A stretch of 64,000 nt of DNA, from the NCBI GenBank assembly GCA_052389415.1, contig JBQTHX010000018.1, positions 1 through 64,000 of the forward strand. The letters are read 5' to 3'. Below the pieces are notes generated by a model that ran no database searches, was not told where the DNA came from, and saw nothing but the letters and a program-made list of their open reading frames with translations. Position numbers and translations under genes: made by a program. The DNA is from Nitrosopumilaceae archaeon (GTDB taxonomy: Archaea; Thermoproteota; Nitrososphaeria; Nitrososphaerales; Nitrosopumilaceae). Numbering within the stretch: position 1 is the stretch's first letter; every line of letters begins with the position of its first letter. Below are positions 50,500-61,468 of this stretch, piece after piece.

Positions 50500-52149
50500 A
50501 TGAATGACAAGGCAATCATTACAAGCGCATTACCTTATGCCAATGGTGAAATTCATCTTGGTCATGTTGCATCGACATACCTTCCTGCTGATATAACGAC
50601 AAGATATCTAAAACTCAAGGGAGTTGAAGCGTATTATATATGTGCATCAGACGATTTTGGAACTCCGATTCTATTGCAAGCAGAAAGAGAGAAAAAAAGT
50701 CCAGAAGAGTATGTAAAATTTTGGAATAAGCGAGATTATGATGACTTCACTGCTTTTGGAATAAAATTTGATTTTTTTTATAGAACCAGTTCACCCGAAA
50801 ACAAAGAATTTGTTCAAGAAGTATTCAGAAAACTTCACAAAAATAATCATATTTACGAAAAAGAAATTGTCCAGTTTTATTGTAAATTTGATAACAAATT
50901 TCTTCCAGACAGGTATGTAATAGGAACATGTCCTTATTGTAAAGCCGAAGATCAGTACTCTGATTTGTGCGAAAAATGTGGCAGAGTGCCTGAAGAAATT
51001 GATAATCCTAGATGTTCAATGTGCAAAAATCCACCTATAAAAAAAAGCACAAAGCACTATTTTTTCAAATTAAGAAACTTTGTTACAAGCCTAAATGAGT
51101 GGCTTGAACAAAACTCACACCTGCAAAAAGACGTCAAAAAATATGTTCAAAATTGGATTGAAGACGGTCTTGTAGATTGGGACATTACAAGAGACATTAC
51201 ATGGGGGGTACCAATACCACTTGAAGCAGCAAATAACCAAGTATTTTATGGTTGGTTTGACAACCATTTGGCATACATTTCTTCTGCAATCAAATTCTTA
51301 AATGATAAGGGAATGGATGGTAAAGCATTTTGGAATTTGGCAGACATTTATCATTTTATTGGAAAAGACATTGTATACCATCATTATCTGTTTCTACCTG
51401 CTATGAGAATTGGAATCGAAAAAGAGTACAAACTTCCTGATTATATTCCAACTCGTGGACACCTCATGTTACAATCAAAAAAGATTTCAAAGAGCAGAAA
51501 TTGGTATATTGGTCTAAAAGATTTTCTTAACCTCTATCCTGCTGATTATCTGAGATTTTATCTTGCTTTAATTACGCCATACAGTCAAGATGATCTTAAT
51601 TTCGATTGGGATGAGTTTGCAATGAGAATAAATTCAGAGCTTATTGGAAATTTGGGAAACTTTGTAAATCGTGCATTGGGGTTTACTCAGAAAAGCTTTG
51701 AGGGAATTGTTCCATCCACAGACGATTTTGATTCAGTTGACAAAGAATTAGAAGCAAAGATCAAAACATTGTCAAATTCAGTAGGAGAATTATTAGATCA
51801 AAACCATATAGACAGATCTCTAAAAAAAATCCTTGAATTTTCAGCAAGTTTTAACCAATATTTCCAACACAAAGAACCATGGAAAAAAGGAAAAGGTACT
51901 GAAAATTGTGCCTATCTTTCTGTAAATGCCGTACGCAGCTTGGCAATAGTAATATGTCCATTTTTGCCAGAATCTGCTCAAAAAATATGGGATCAACTTA
52001 ACTTGAAAGAAAAAATAGATGAACAAAAGTGGAGCTCAATCTCAGATTTCGGAATTGAACCAAACCATAAACTTGGTTTAGTGTCTCCACTGTTTAAAAA
52101 AGTAGAAGAAAGTGAGATCAAGTCACACAAAACAAAGCTTGGTGCCTAA
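50500..52149 (+). CDS. metG: Methionine--tRNA ligase
   Basis: ALPYANG.IHLGH, Zn knuckles, KISKS. Confidence 0.96.
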   Translation: MNDKAIITSALPYANGEIHLGHVASTYLPADITTRYLKLKGVEAYYICASDDFGTPILLQAEREKKSPEEYVKFWNKRDYDDFTAFGIKFDFFYRTSSPENKEFVQEVFRKLHKNNHIYEKEIVQFYCKFDNKFLPDRYVIGTCPYCKAEDQYSDLCEKCGRVPEEIDNPRCSMCKNPPIKKSTKHYFFKLRNFVTSLNEWLEQNSHLQKDVKKYVQNWIEDGLVDWDITRDITWGVPIPLEAANNQVFYGWFDNHLAYISSAIKFLNDKGMDGKAFWNLADIYHFIGKDIVYHHYLFLPAMRIGIEKEYKLPDYIPTRGHLMLQSKKISKSRNWYIGLKDFLNLYPADYLRFYLALITPYSQDDLNFDWDEFAMRINSELIGNLGNFVNRALGFTQKSFEGIVPSTDDFDSVDKELEAKIKTLSNSVGELLDQNHIDRSLKKILEFSASFNQYFQHKEPWKKGKGTENCAYLSVNAVRSLAIVICPFLPESAQKIWDQLNLKEKIDEQKWSSISDFGIEPNHKLGLVSPLFKKVEESEIKSHKTKLGA

Positions 52150-52151
52150 AA

Positions 52152-52271
52152 TTGAAGAAACTGCATGCATGTCCTATCTGTCCATCATGTGGATCAAGAA
52201 AGTTTGAAAGACTAAAAGCAGAAGAAACAATAGTCAAGTGTATTAAATGCGGAAAAGTACTGAAAATCTAG
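52152..52271 (+). CDS. 39-aa Zn-ribbon microprotein (below ORF-track cutoff)
   Basis: TTG 2 nt after the metG stop: MKKLHACPICPSCGSRKFERLKAEETIVKCIKCGKVLKI, with CPSCG and CIKCG knuckles. Confidence 0.6.
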   Translation: MKKLHACPICPSCGSRKFERLKAEETIVKCIKCGKVLKI

Positions 52272-52311
52272 CTATCGAAAGATTATATTTGCATTAAATT
52301 GTCCCCCTCGT

Positions 52312-53310
52312 ATGGCTAAAACTTGGAAAGACGATCAGGTCAGCTTGGATCCTATCAAAAACCAAACGATTGCAATACTTGGTTATGGTATTCAAGGCAA
52401 TGCGCAATCAAATAACCTAAGGGATTCTGGTTTGAAAGTCATTATAGGATTAAAGGAAGGCGGTGGAAGTTGGAAAAAGGCCCAATCAGACGGTCACAAA
52501 GTAATGAAGATTTCTGATGCTTGCAAAACTGCTGACATCATACATGTTTTGGTACCAGATATGCTTCAGGCAAAGATTTACCGAGAAGAAATTGAACCAA
52601 ACCTTGGTGAAGGAAAAGCATTGTCGTTTTCCCATGGTGCCGCGATCCACTGGGAGTGGATAAAGGCTCCAAAAAATATAGATATCATAATGGTGGCACC
52701 AAAAGGTCCAGGATCCAAAGTTAGAGAAACATATCTTGAAGGATTTGGTACGCCATCTATTGTTGCCGTTTATCAAGATTATACAAAAAAAGCATGGGAC
52801 AGGACACTGGGAATCGCGAAAGGCATTGGAAGCACAAGGGCAGGAATCATCCAAACAACATTTCAAGAAGAAGTAGAAACTGACTGGTTTGGCGAGCAAG
52901 CAGATCTTTGTGGAGGATGTGCATCAATGATAATGAATGCATTTGATACACTAGTAGAAGCAGGTTACCAACCAGAAATCGCATACTTTGAGGTCTTACA
53001 CGAATTGAAACTAATTGTTGACATGATACAAAGGTACGGAATTAATGGTATGTGGCGCAGAGTCAGCGAGACGGCACGATATGGGGGTCTCACCAGAGGA
53101 CCTATGGTGATTGATAAAGAAGTCAAGGAAAAAATGAAAAAGGTTCTAAAAATGATTCAAGATGGAACATTTAATCAAGAATGGATAAGTGACTATCAGA
53201 AAAATGGAAAAAATGCATTTGACCGATACATGAGACAGATAGAAACACATCAAATAGAACAAGTTGGAAAAAAAATGCGACAGATGATGTGGCCTGATTC
53301 TAAAGAATAA
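52312..53310 (+). CDS. ilvC: Ketol-acid reductoisomerase
   Basis: GYG.QG, APKGPG, E.ETD.FGEQ..LCGG, AYFE.LHE. Confidence 0.97.
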   Translation: MAKTWKDDQVSLDPIKNQTIAILGYGIQGNAQSNNLRDSGLKVIIGLKEGGGSWKKAQSDGHKVMKISDACKTADIIHVLVPDMLQAKIYREEIEPNLGEGKALSFSHGAAIHWEWIKAPKNIDIIMVAPKGPGSKVRETYLEGFGTPSIVAVYQDYTKKAWDRTLGIAKGIGSTRAGIIQTTFQEEVETDWFGEQADLCGGCASMIMNAFDTLVEAGYQPEIAYFEVLHELKLIVDMIQRYGINGMWRRVSETARYGGLTRGPMVIDKEVKEKMKKVLKMIQDGTFNQEWISDYQKNGKNAFDRYMRQIETHQIEQVGKKMRQMMWPDSKE

Positions 53311-53733
53311 TTAAATTTTTCTAAGTTTTGAAACACCAGATGTGATGTGTTCAATTATTGTAGTTAGCGGAGTTCCTGGACCAAAATTTCCCGAGACTCC
53401 GGCTTTCTCAAGTTCGGGTTTATCGTCCTCAGGAATGACTCCTCCTCCAACAACTAACACATCTCTAATTCCCTTTTCTTTTAACGTCTTGACAACTCTT
53501 GGAAACAATGTAAGGTGAGCTCCATTTAAAAGACTTAGTGCTACTGCGTCTACATCTTCATCTTCAACTATCTTAGAAATTCTTTCTGGAGTAGCAAAAA
53601 GACCCGAATAGATTACCTCCATTCCTGCATCTCTGAATGCACGGCATAATACCAATGCTCCCCGGTCATGACCATCAAGGCCAAGTTTTGCAACGAGAAT
53701 TTTTATTCTTCTGGTAGCACTCTTTTGTGACAT
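53311..53733 (-). CDS. Methylmalonyl-CoA mutase, cobalamin-binding small subunit
   Basis: KLGLDGHDRG, GGG.IP. Confidence 0.93.
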   Translation of the reverse strand: MSQKSATRRIKILVAKLGLDGHDRGALVLCRAFRDAGMEVIYSGLFATPERISKIVEDEDVDAVALSLLNGAHLTLFPRVVKTLKEKGIRDVLVVGGGVIPEDDKPELEKAGVSGNFGPGTPLTTIIEHITSGVSKLRKI

Positions 53734-53836
53734 GTTATTAAAACTGGTTTTTGGGTTTTAAAATCTTTGTTGGAATAAAATGGTAATGTCAAAAACAAGA
53801 AGATTTTATTGTGGATAGAAGAGTTATTCTCTCTAT

Positions 53837-54751
53837 ATGAATATCATAAGTGAATTGAAACATGGTAAAAGGCATGCTATTGCAAGGGCAATATCAATCA
53901 TAGAAAACAATGAAAAAGAGGCACGTCCGTTAATAAAAAAGATATTCAAAAATTCTGGAAAATCAATTGTTATAGGAATAACAGGACCCGCAGGTGCTGG
54001 CAAAAGCTCTCTGATAGATAAGACAGCCCTTGAATTAAAAAAACTTGGTTACAAGACGGCCGTTCTTGCAATAGATCCTACAAGCCACATCACAGGTGGG
54101 GCTATACTAGGTGACAGGGTTAGAATGTCAGAATCAACTGATTCAGGGACTTATATCAGAAGCATGGCATCAAGAGGCGCAACAGGTGCCATCTCGCGTG
54201 CTGTACGAAACAGTATCAGAATATTAGAATATGCAGGATTTGATACGATTATTATTGAAAGTGTCGGAGCAGGTCAGACTGAAGTGGAAATTTCAAAAAT
54301 TGCAGATATCACTGTAGTTGTTTTTAATCCAAATACAGGTGACAACATACAAACAATAAAAGCAGGACTCACAGAAATTGGAGATATTTATCTTGTGAAC
54401 AAAAGTGATCTTACCGGAGCAAGTCAGCTGTATGATGCAGTAAGAGACTTTATAGGAATGACAGAAAAGAACCCTCCAATAATGATGACTTCCACAAAAT
54501 CAAACAAAGGAATAGTAGAGTTTGCAAAAAAATTAAAGGAGCTTATATTTATAAAAAAGAAAATAAAAAACACTGAAGAAAAATCTAGGCTTGAAATAGA
54601 ACTAAGAGACATTGTTTTAAATAATGTTAAAACCAAAGTTGACCGGATGCTTGCTAATAGTCCTACCTATGATAAATATTTAAAAAAAGTGCAATCAAAA
54701 ACACTTGATCCTTTCGAGGCCGCAGAAAAAATATCAAAGTCCATCAAGTGA
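53837..54751 (+). CDS. meaB: MeaB/ArgK GTPase chaperone of the mutase
   Basis: [33 protein letters not shown]. Confidence 0.93.
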   Translation: MNIISELKHGKRHAIARAISIIENNEKEARPLIKKIFKNSGKSIVIGITGPAGAGKSSLIDKTALELKKLGYKTAVLAIDPTSHITGGAILGDRVRMSESTDSGTYIRSMASRGATGAISRAVRNSIRILEYAGFDTIIIESVGAGQTEVEISKIADITVVVFNPNTGDNIQTIKAGLTEIGDIYLVNKSDLTGASQLYDAVRDFIGMTEKNPPIMMTSTKSNKGIVEFAKKLKELIFIKKKIKNTEEKSRLEIELRDIVLNNVKTKVDRMLANSPTYDKYLKKVQSKTLDPFEAAEKISKSIK

Positions 54752-54755
54752 TAAT

Positions 54756-56327
54756 ATGAAAGCAGAAAAAACTGATTCACAAATTCCCGTTAAACGTGTA
54801 TACAATTCTAAAATAAAACCAAGAAACAAGGATGAGGAACCAGGGAAGTATCCATTTACTCGTGGGGTGCATCCTGGAATGTATCGTGATAGATTGTGGA
54901 CTATGAGGCAATATACTGGATTTGCTACTGCAGACAAGACAAATGAGAGATTCAAGTTTTTGTTAGAAAGAGGTCAAACAGGTCTTAGCATGGCTTTTGA
55001 TCTTCCAACACAAATCGGATATGATGCAGATGATCCACATGCTGAAGGCGAGGTAGGAAAAGTTGGAGTCTCTATCACTTCACTTAAAGACATGATGTCT
55101 TGCTTTAACGGAATTCCTCTTGATAAGGTAAGTACATCTATGACAATAAACTCTACAGCTTCGACCTTACTTTCATTATACATTGCAGTTGGAGAATCGC
55201 AAGGCGTACCAAGCAATGCGTTGAGAGGAACCACGCAAAATGATATTCTAAAAGAGTACATTGCAAGAAATACCTACATCTATCCACCAAAACCATCAAT
55301 GCGATTAATTGGTGATATGATAGAATATTGTTCAAAAAAAGTTCCACAATGGTATCCTATATCAATATCTGGATATCATATGCGCGAAGCTGGTTGTAAT
55401 GCAATACAAGAAGTTGCCTTTACAATTGCAAATGCGATAGAATACATTGAAACCTGTATTGACCGTGGTCTGAAAATAGATGAATTTGCACCTAGACTGT
55501 CATTCTTTTTCTGTTGCACAAACGAATTTCTTGAGGAGGTAGCCAAATTCAGAGTAGCTAGAAGGATATACGCTAAAATAATTAAAGAGAGATTTCATGC
55601 GCGCGATCCTAAATCTATGCATCTAAGATTCCATGTACAAACCAGCGGAGAATCTCTTACTGCACAGCAACCTGATAATAACATCGTAAGAGTCGCTATA
55701 CAATCTATGGCAGCGGTGCTTGGAGGGGCACAGTCACTACATACGAATTCAAAGGATGAAGCACTAGCGCTTCCTACAGAAGCTGCCGTAAAGATAGCGC
55801 TAAGAACACAACAGATTGTTGCACATGAGAGTGGGGTTACTAAAACTGTGGATCCACTGGGAGGTTCTTACTATGTAGAATCCCTTTGTGATAGAATTGA
55901 AGACGAGGTTAACAAGTATCTCAAGAAAATAGACAGAATGGGTGGTTCACTAGTTGGAATAGAGCGTGGGTTCTTCCAATCTGAAATCCGGCAAAATGCG
56001 TATCGCCTGAAGAAAGAGATCGATAGCGGTGAAAGAATCATTGTGGGTGTTAACAAGTTTACGGATGTAAAAGAAACAAAACAGGAACTGATGAAAATAG
56101 ACAATTCAATAGAGACGCAGCAAGCCAACAATCTCAAAGAATTAAGAAGCACTCGTGACAACAAAAAAACTGAAAACCTCCTTTCAAAAATGAAAGGTGC
56201 ATCAGAAAAAGATGAAAACCTGATGCCATACATTATTGATGCAGTAAAAGGATATGCCACACTTGGTGAAATAAGTAATAATTTCAGAGAAGTTTTTGGG
56301 ATTTACCGTCCAAAGGAAATGTTCTAA
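54756..56327 (+). CDS. Methylmalonyl-CoA mutase, large subunit
   Basis: PFTRG...[29 protein letters not shown] at 54756. Confidence 0.95.
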   Translation: MKAEKTDSQIPVKRVYNSKIKPRNKDEEPGKYPFTRGVHPGMYRDRLWTMRQYTGFATADKTNERFKFLLERGQTGLSMAFDLPTQIGYDADDPHAEGEVGKVGVSITSLKDMMSCFNGIPLDKVSTSMTINSTASTLLSLYIAVGESQGVPSNALRGTTQNDILKEYIARNTYIYPPKPSMRLIGDMIEYCSKKVPQWYPISISGYHMREAGCNAIQEVAFTIANAIEYIETCIDRGLKIDEFAPRLSFFFCCTNEFLEEVAKFRVARRIYAKIIKERFHARDPKSMHLRFHVQTSGESLTAQQPDNNIVRVAIQSMAAVLGGAQSLHTNSKDEALALPTEAAVKIALRTQQIVAHESGVTKTVDPLGGSYYVESLCDRIEDEVNKYLKKIDRMGGSLVGIERGFFQSEIRQNAYRLKKEIDSGERIIVGVNKFTDVKETKQELMKIDNSIETQQANNLKELRSTRDNKKTENLLSKMKGASEKDENLMPYIIDAVKGYATLGEISNNFREVFGIYRPKEMF

Positions 56328-56328
56328 A

Positions 56329-56727
56329 ATGAAAATAGATCATATTGCAATTGCTGTAAACAATGTGGAGGATGCTGCAAGACAATATCAACAAGCTCTT
56401 GGAGTAAAGGAAGTCATTTATGAAACAGTCGAATCAGAGGGTGTTAAACTTGCCATTCTTCGATTAGAAAATGGAAGAATTGAGCTAATGCAACCTACTC
56501 GTGATGACAGTCCTATTAAGAAATTTCTAGAAAAAAAGGGTGAAGGGCTTCATCACATGGCACTTGCAACAGACGAAATTGAAAAAGAATATGAGCGCAT
56601 GGAAGGGTGTGGAATCCAATTTCTTGGTAAAATAAGACCAGGTTCAGAAGGAACGAAAATAACTTTTATTCACCCAAAATCATTGCATGGAGTACTTGCA
56701 GAACTCTGTTCACATCCAAAATACTAG
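56329..56727 (+). CDS. mce: Methylmalonyl-CoA epimerase
   Basis: IDHIAIAV, IELM.P, GEGLHH.A, F.HPK...GVL.E. Confidence 0.93.
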   Translation: MKIDHIAIAVNNVEDAARQYQQALGVKEVIYETVESEGVKLAILRLENGRIELMQPTRDDSPIKKFLEKKGEGLHHMALATDEIEKEYERMEGCGIQFLGKIRPGSEGTKITFIHPKSLHGVLAELCSHPKY

Positions 56728-56729
56728 AT

Positions 56730-57308
56730 CTATTCCATCATTTTTAGAGTGTCAGAGGTAGTAATTATTCCAATTATCTTACTATGTTTTGAAACCAGAA
56801 TGCATTTTGAAAATCTGACAAGTGGAACTAAAGTCTTTGCGGGAGTATTGTATTCTACGATAGGAGGACGCGGTTCCATAACTTCGGATAATCTTATTTT
56901 TTTTCGCTGGTTTTCATCACTATCTAACACATGTTTGACTAACCCATCTTCACTTATCAAACCAACAACATCAGTTCCATCGAAAACAGGAATCTGACTA
57001 ATTGAATGTTCTTGCATCTTTTTTATAGCGTCATGCAGCGAATCGTTTGTTCTTAGTTTTGTAATTTCTTTACTGCATATGTCTCCCGCTTTCATCGAGG
57101 ATTGATTTTCCAGTGAACCAAGCACCTCGAAGATTTTCTTTGCTGTGGCATAGCTTGGTTGGCATCTTCCAGATTCTATTTGATTTATCATCGACGTGCT
57201 AACTCCTGTTAATGAGGCAAGTTTGTGCTGTGTTAAGCCAATCTTTAATCTGGCAGGTTTTATTGAATCTAATCGTGGTAACACTTCAAAATGATATACC
57301 CTTAACAA
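56730..57308 (-). CDS. HTH-CBS domain transcriptional regulator
   Basis: XRE-type HTH plus a CBS pair. Confidence 0.9.
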   Translation of the reverse strand: MLRVYHFEVLPRLDSIKPARLKIGLTQHKLASLTGVSTSMINQIESGRCQPSYATAKKIFEVLGSLENQSSMKAGDICSKEITKLRTNDSLHDAIKKMQEHSISQIPVFDGTDVVGLISEDGLVKHVLDSDENQRKKIRLSEVMEPRPPIVEYNTPAKTLVPLVRFSKCILVSKHSKIIGIITTSDTLKMME

Positions 57309-57359
57309 GATATTTCAGTTTTCTTCAATCCTTAATAGTGTGATTTTCATATTGAGAAT

Positions 57360-57983
57360 ATGTTAAAGGGCATCACAATCGCAGTTATTATTGGTGTTGC
57401 TGCTGTTGGACTATATTATCTTGCAGGTCCTCTTTTTTATGATAGAGTAATTGATGAACCATTGCCCAAAGCCTTACAAGAAATTCAGGAAGATCTAACA
57501 TATGAAAAATTTGTCAACATGGTGGATGAACAAAGAAATGAACTTGTAAAAAAGATGCCGCAGGATACTATAGATTTGATAATGGATGAAGCAAAAAAAT
57601 TCACCACTAATGTTTCAGAAAATATGCAAGAGATGATATCAAAGATAGCACCTGATTCAAAAGAGACTCCAAAATTTTCTAAACTTGGATCTTTTCAAGG
57701 ACTAAAAGGACATCAAGCAACAGGAAGGGCTGAAGTGATTACAGTAGGCGACGTATCATTTCTCAGATTTGAAGATTTTGAAGTTACCAATGGTCCCGAT
57801 CTTCACGTATACATGACAAAAAATGGTGATGTTGATACAGGAATCGATCTTGGAAAACTAAAGGGAAACAAGGGATCACAAAATTATGAACTAAGCGGAA
57901 TAAACACTGATGTTTATAATACTGTAGTGATTTACTGTCAACCTTTTCATGTTCATTTTGCCTCGGCTAAACTATTAGAATGA
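57360..57983 (+). CDS. DM13 domain protein, membrane-anchored
   Basis: GPDL.VY, LG.LKG..G.QNY, V.IYC..F...F. Confidence 0.88.
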   Translation: MLKGITIAVIIGVAAVGLYYLAGPLFYDRVIDEPLPKALQEIQEDLTYEKFVNMVDEQRNELVKKMPQDTIDLIMDEAKKFTTNVSENMQEMISKIAPDSKETPKFSKLGSFQGLKGHQATGRAEVITVGDVSFLRFEDFEVTNGPDLHVYMTKNGDVDTGIDLGKLKGNKGSQNYELSGINTDVYNTVVIYCQPFHVHFASAKLLE

Positions 57984-57989
57984 TTGAAA

Positions 57990-60689
57990 CTATCTTCTTT
58001 TTGATTTCTTTTTTATCCTGATTTTTCTTTTTGGTACATCCGCAAGTGCAATTTGAGCTGCAGCAAGAATTGCTATTGGGATTCTGTGTGAAGACGCACT
58101 TACATAGTTCAAACCAGCTTTATGGAAGAATGATATGGATTTAGGATCTCCGCCATGCTCCCCACAAATTCCTATCTCCATGCCTGGTCTGGTCTTCCTC
58201 CCTTTTGCTATTGCAATTTCCATTAGACTTCCCACTCCTTTCACATCGACAGACTGGAATGGATTTTCTTGAAGAATCTCTTTTTCCAAATACTCAGGTA
58301 AGAATTTTCCTTCTGCGTCTTCTCTACTAAAGCTAAACACTGCTTGCGTTAGGTCATTGGTACCAAAACTAAAAAACTCCGCTGTTTTAGCAAGATCGTC
58401 TCCAGTAAGACACGATCTTACCACCTCGAGCATTGTACCAAAATTAATTTTTAATTTTAGCCCCAACTTTGATTCAACAGATGATTTTATCGTATCATAA
58501 ATTTGTTTAATTTGATTGAGTTCATCAATGCTTCCTACTTGAGGTACCATTATTTGTGCACGTGCATCAACTTTTTCTTTGGATAACTCACCTGCAGCTT
58601 CACAAATTGCTCTCACCTGCATTTCATAAATTTCTGGAAATGTTATTCCTACTCTAACTCCACGGTGTCCCATCATGGGATTTATCTCAGCCAATTCTCT
58701 TGCACGTGAAAGGATTGTTTTTGTTTTTTCTAGTTCTTCTAGTGTGTTTTGATTTTCTAGTTTATGTACTTTAGTAATAAGTTCTTCAACATTGGGCAAG
58801 AATTCATGCAGTGGTGGGTCTAGTAGTCTGATTGTAACTTTATGCCCCTCCATAACCTTGAGTATTTCTTTGAAATCATTTTTCTGCAAAACCAGTAATT
58901 TTTCTAATACTTGTTTTCTTTCTTCCACACTGCGTGCCATTATCATATCAACAAAAAGCCCTAATCTGTCACGTGCATTGAACATTCTTTCAGTTCTACA
59001 AAGACCTATTCCTTTTGCACCATAACTTCTTGCTAGTTTTGCGGCTTCAGGAGTATCGGCATTTGCTCGTATGCCTAATTTTTTGAATTGTTCCGCCCAT
59101 TGTATGATAGTTTTTAGATCATCTGTTATTTCTGGTTCAACGGTAGGAATCTCGCCCAAAAAGACAATGCCTTGGCTACCATCTATAGTAATGACTTCTC
59201 CTTCCTGTACCACTTTGTTATCAACTTGAAATCTTTTTGCAGAGTAATCTATTTTCATATCTGCACAGCCAACAATACACGGTTTTCCCATGCCTCTTGC
59301 TACTACTGCCGCATGAGATGTTTTCCCCCCTCTGCTAGTTAAGATCCCCGAAGATGCAAAAAATGCGGGAACGTCTTCTGGTTTCGTTTCCTCTCTGACT
59401 AGCACTACTTTGACTCCATCTTCACCCATCTTTACTGCTTTTTTTACATCAAAGACAACAATTCCAGTAGCAGCTCCAGGTGAAGCAGGTATGCCCTTTA
59501 CAAATGGTGGGTGATTTTTTACTGCCTCTTGTTTTATGGTTTTGTGTAACAATTGTTCTAATTGATCAGGATTTAATCTTGTGATAGCTCTTTCCTTTGA
59601 AATCAACTTTTCTTTTACCATCTCGACTGAGGTTCTTATCATGCCTAAAGCATTCATTTTTGCAGAACGGGTTTGCAACATGTAGAACCTCCCCTGTTCT
59701 ACGGTAAACTCTAAATCTTGTGGTTCCTTGTAATGTTTTTCTAATTTTTCACAAGTCTTCATTAACTGAGCAAATGTTTGTGGTAGTTCTTTTTCCAAGT
59801 TGTCTATTGTCTGAGGAGTTCTGATTCCTGCAACTACGTCTTCGCCCTGTGCATTGACTAGATACTCTCCAAAAACCTTTCTTGTACCGTCACCAGGATT
59901 TCTTGTAAACACGACTCCTGTAGCACTATCTGATCCCATGTTACCAAAAACCATGGCAACAACATTTACTGCAGTGCCACTTGCAATATCTTTAGTAATT
60001 TTGTACTTTTCCCTATACACCACCGCTCTTTCCCCCATCCAACTCTTGAAAACTGCTTCAATTGCTAACTCAAGTTGCCTGTAAGGATCAGAAGGGAAAG
60101 AGTGGCCTATGTGGTTTTCACATATCTTTTTGTATCGTGAGACAATTTCCTTTAATGTATCGGCATTGAGCTCACTATCGTTTTGTACGATGAATTGACG
60201 CTTGGTTTCTTCTAATATCTCATCAAATTGTTTGTCATTAATGCCAAAAACCACTTTGCCAAAAAGCTGAATAAATCTCCGATACGAATCCCAGGCAAAT
60301 CGTTCATTATTACTTTTTTTTGCAAGACCTTTTACCGTTTCGTCATTTAATCCCAAATTTAAGATCGTGTCCATCATTCCAGGCATAGATAAAGCGGCGC
60401 CAGATCGAACTGACACAAGAAGTGGATTTTCTATTGAACCGAATTTTTTACTAGTTCTCTTTTCTAATTTAGCGATGTTTTTTCTAACTAGCCCCATAAG
60501 ATTAGGCGGTAATTTCTTGTTATTCTGATAGTACTTGTCACAAACTTCGGTAGTGATGGTGAACCCTGGAGGGACCGGAAGTCCTATCCTTGTCATCTCG
60601 CATAGCCCTGCACCTTTTCCTCCGAGCAATTTCTTATTTTTACCGTCTCCTTCGTCAAAAAAATAAATCGGTTTCATATTATAGGGCAC
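57990..60689 (-). CDS. ppdK: Pyruvate, phosphate dikinase
   Basis: LLGGKG, SVRSG..SMPGMMDT, GG.TSHAAVVARG, GIGLCRTE, CGEHGGDP. Confidence 0.97.
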   Translation of the reverse strand: MPYNMKPIYFFDEGDGKNKKLLGGKGAGLCEMTRIGLPVPPGFTITTEVCDKYYQNNKKLPPNLMGLVRKNIAKLEKRTSKKFGSIENPLLVSVRSGAALSMPGMMDTILNLGLNDETVKGLAKKSNNERFAWDSYRRFIQLFGKVVFGINDKQFDEILEETKRQFIVQNDSELNADTLKEIVSRYKKICENHIGHSFPSDPYRQLELAIEAVFKSWMGERAVVYREKYKITKDIASGTAVNVVAMVFGNMGSDSATGVVFTRNPGDGTRKVFGEYLVNAQGEDVVAGIRTPQTIDNLEKELPQTFAQLMKTCEKLEKHYKEPQDLEFTVEQGRFYMLQTRSAKMNALGMIRTSVEMVKEKLISKERAITRLNPDQLEQLLHKTIKQEAVKNHPPFVKGIPASPGAATGIVVFDVKKAVKMGEDGVKVVLVREETKPEDVPAFFASSGILTSRGGKTSHAAVVARGMGKPCIVGCADMKIDYSAKRFQVDNKVVQEGEVITIDGSQGIVFLGEIPTVEPEITDDLKTIIQWAEQFKKLGIRANADTPEAAKLARSYGAKGIGLCRTERMFNARDRLGLFVDMIMARSVEERKQVLEKLLVLQKNDFKEILKVMEGHKVTIRLLDPPLHEFLPNVEELITKVHKLENQNTLEELEKTKTILSRARELAEINPMMGHRGVRVGITFPEIYEMQVRAICEAAGELSKEKVDARAQIMVPQVGSIDELNQIKQIYDTIKSSVESKLGLKLKINFGTMLEVVRSCLTGDDLAKTAEFFSFGTNDLTQAVFSFSREDAEGKFLPEYLEKEILQENPFQSVDVKGVGSLMEIAIAKGRKTRPGMEIGICGEHGGDPKSISFFHKAGLNYVSASSHRIPIAILAAAQIALADVPKRKIRIKKKSKRR

Positions 60690-60707
60690 TTGTTATGATT
60701 TAGGTTA

Positions 60708-61379
60708 TCAACCTTTCTGGTTTTCTGATATTGCACTGGCGAATTCTTCAATTATGTTTGTCCAGTTCTTGGCTTTTACTATCCCGCTTGCTACTAGGAT
60801 ACCCTTTGCACCTAGCTGTATGGCTTTTGTAACATCATCTCCTGAGATAATGCCCGCTCCACAAAGAAGTCGTGTTGAATTTTTTGCTTTCTTAACAGCA
60901 ATGATCGATTTAGTTATGATCTCTGGTCTCTGTGTTGAAATGGATTTTCCTGTTCCTATGAGCTCAGGTGGTTCAATGGCAATATAATCTGGGTTCATCT
61001 TGGCATATTTTCTAGCTTCGTGTGTGTTTTTTACACAGACCACAGAGATCATTTTCAGTTTCTTCAGTCTAGATACTAATTCATGTATGTGACGTTCTGG
61101 AATGCGATGTTCACTATGATTGATTAATGATCCCTTTACAAAGGATTTTTTTACAATTTCAGGAACAGTAAAACCAGTAGTACTTCCTACCTTTTTAATA
61201 TCAAGATGTTGTGCAAGAACAGGTATGTTACATTTTGTTATTTCTGAAAGCAAATGCTGTGGAGGTGCAACGGCTATCTTGACTTTATGTTTTTTCGAAA
61301 TCTTTTCTGCTATTTTTGCTAGCTTGGACGCTTTTAAACCTGCTATTTCTTCATAGTTTTTAAAGTTGATAATAAACAA
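60708..61379 (-). CDS. tpiA: Triosephosphate isomerase
   Basis: INFK.Y, NHSE, IEPPELIG, CGAGI. Confidence 0.95.
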   Translation of the reverse strand: MFIINFKNYEEIAGLKASKLAKIAEKISKKHKVKIAVAPPQHLLSEITKCNIPVLAQHLDIKKVGSTTGFTVPEIVKKSFVKGSLINHSEHRIPERHIHELVSRLKKLKMISVVCVKNTHEARKYAKMNPDYIAIEPPELIGTGKSISTQRPEIITKSIIAVKKAKNSTRLLCGAGIISGDDVTKAIQLGAKGILVASGIVKAKNWTNIIEEFASAISENQKG

Positions 61380-61468
61380 ACTATGGGTACTAGAATAATC
61401 TATGATATATTGATTATCAGTTTGGATGGTAATGATAACCGTTTATGTGATTCTATTTCTGATTACGC

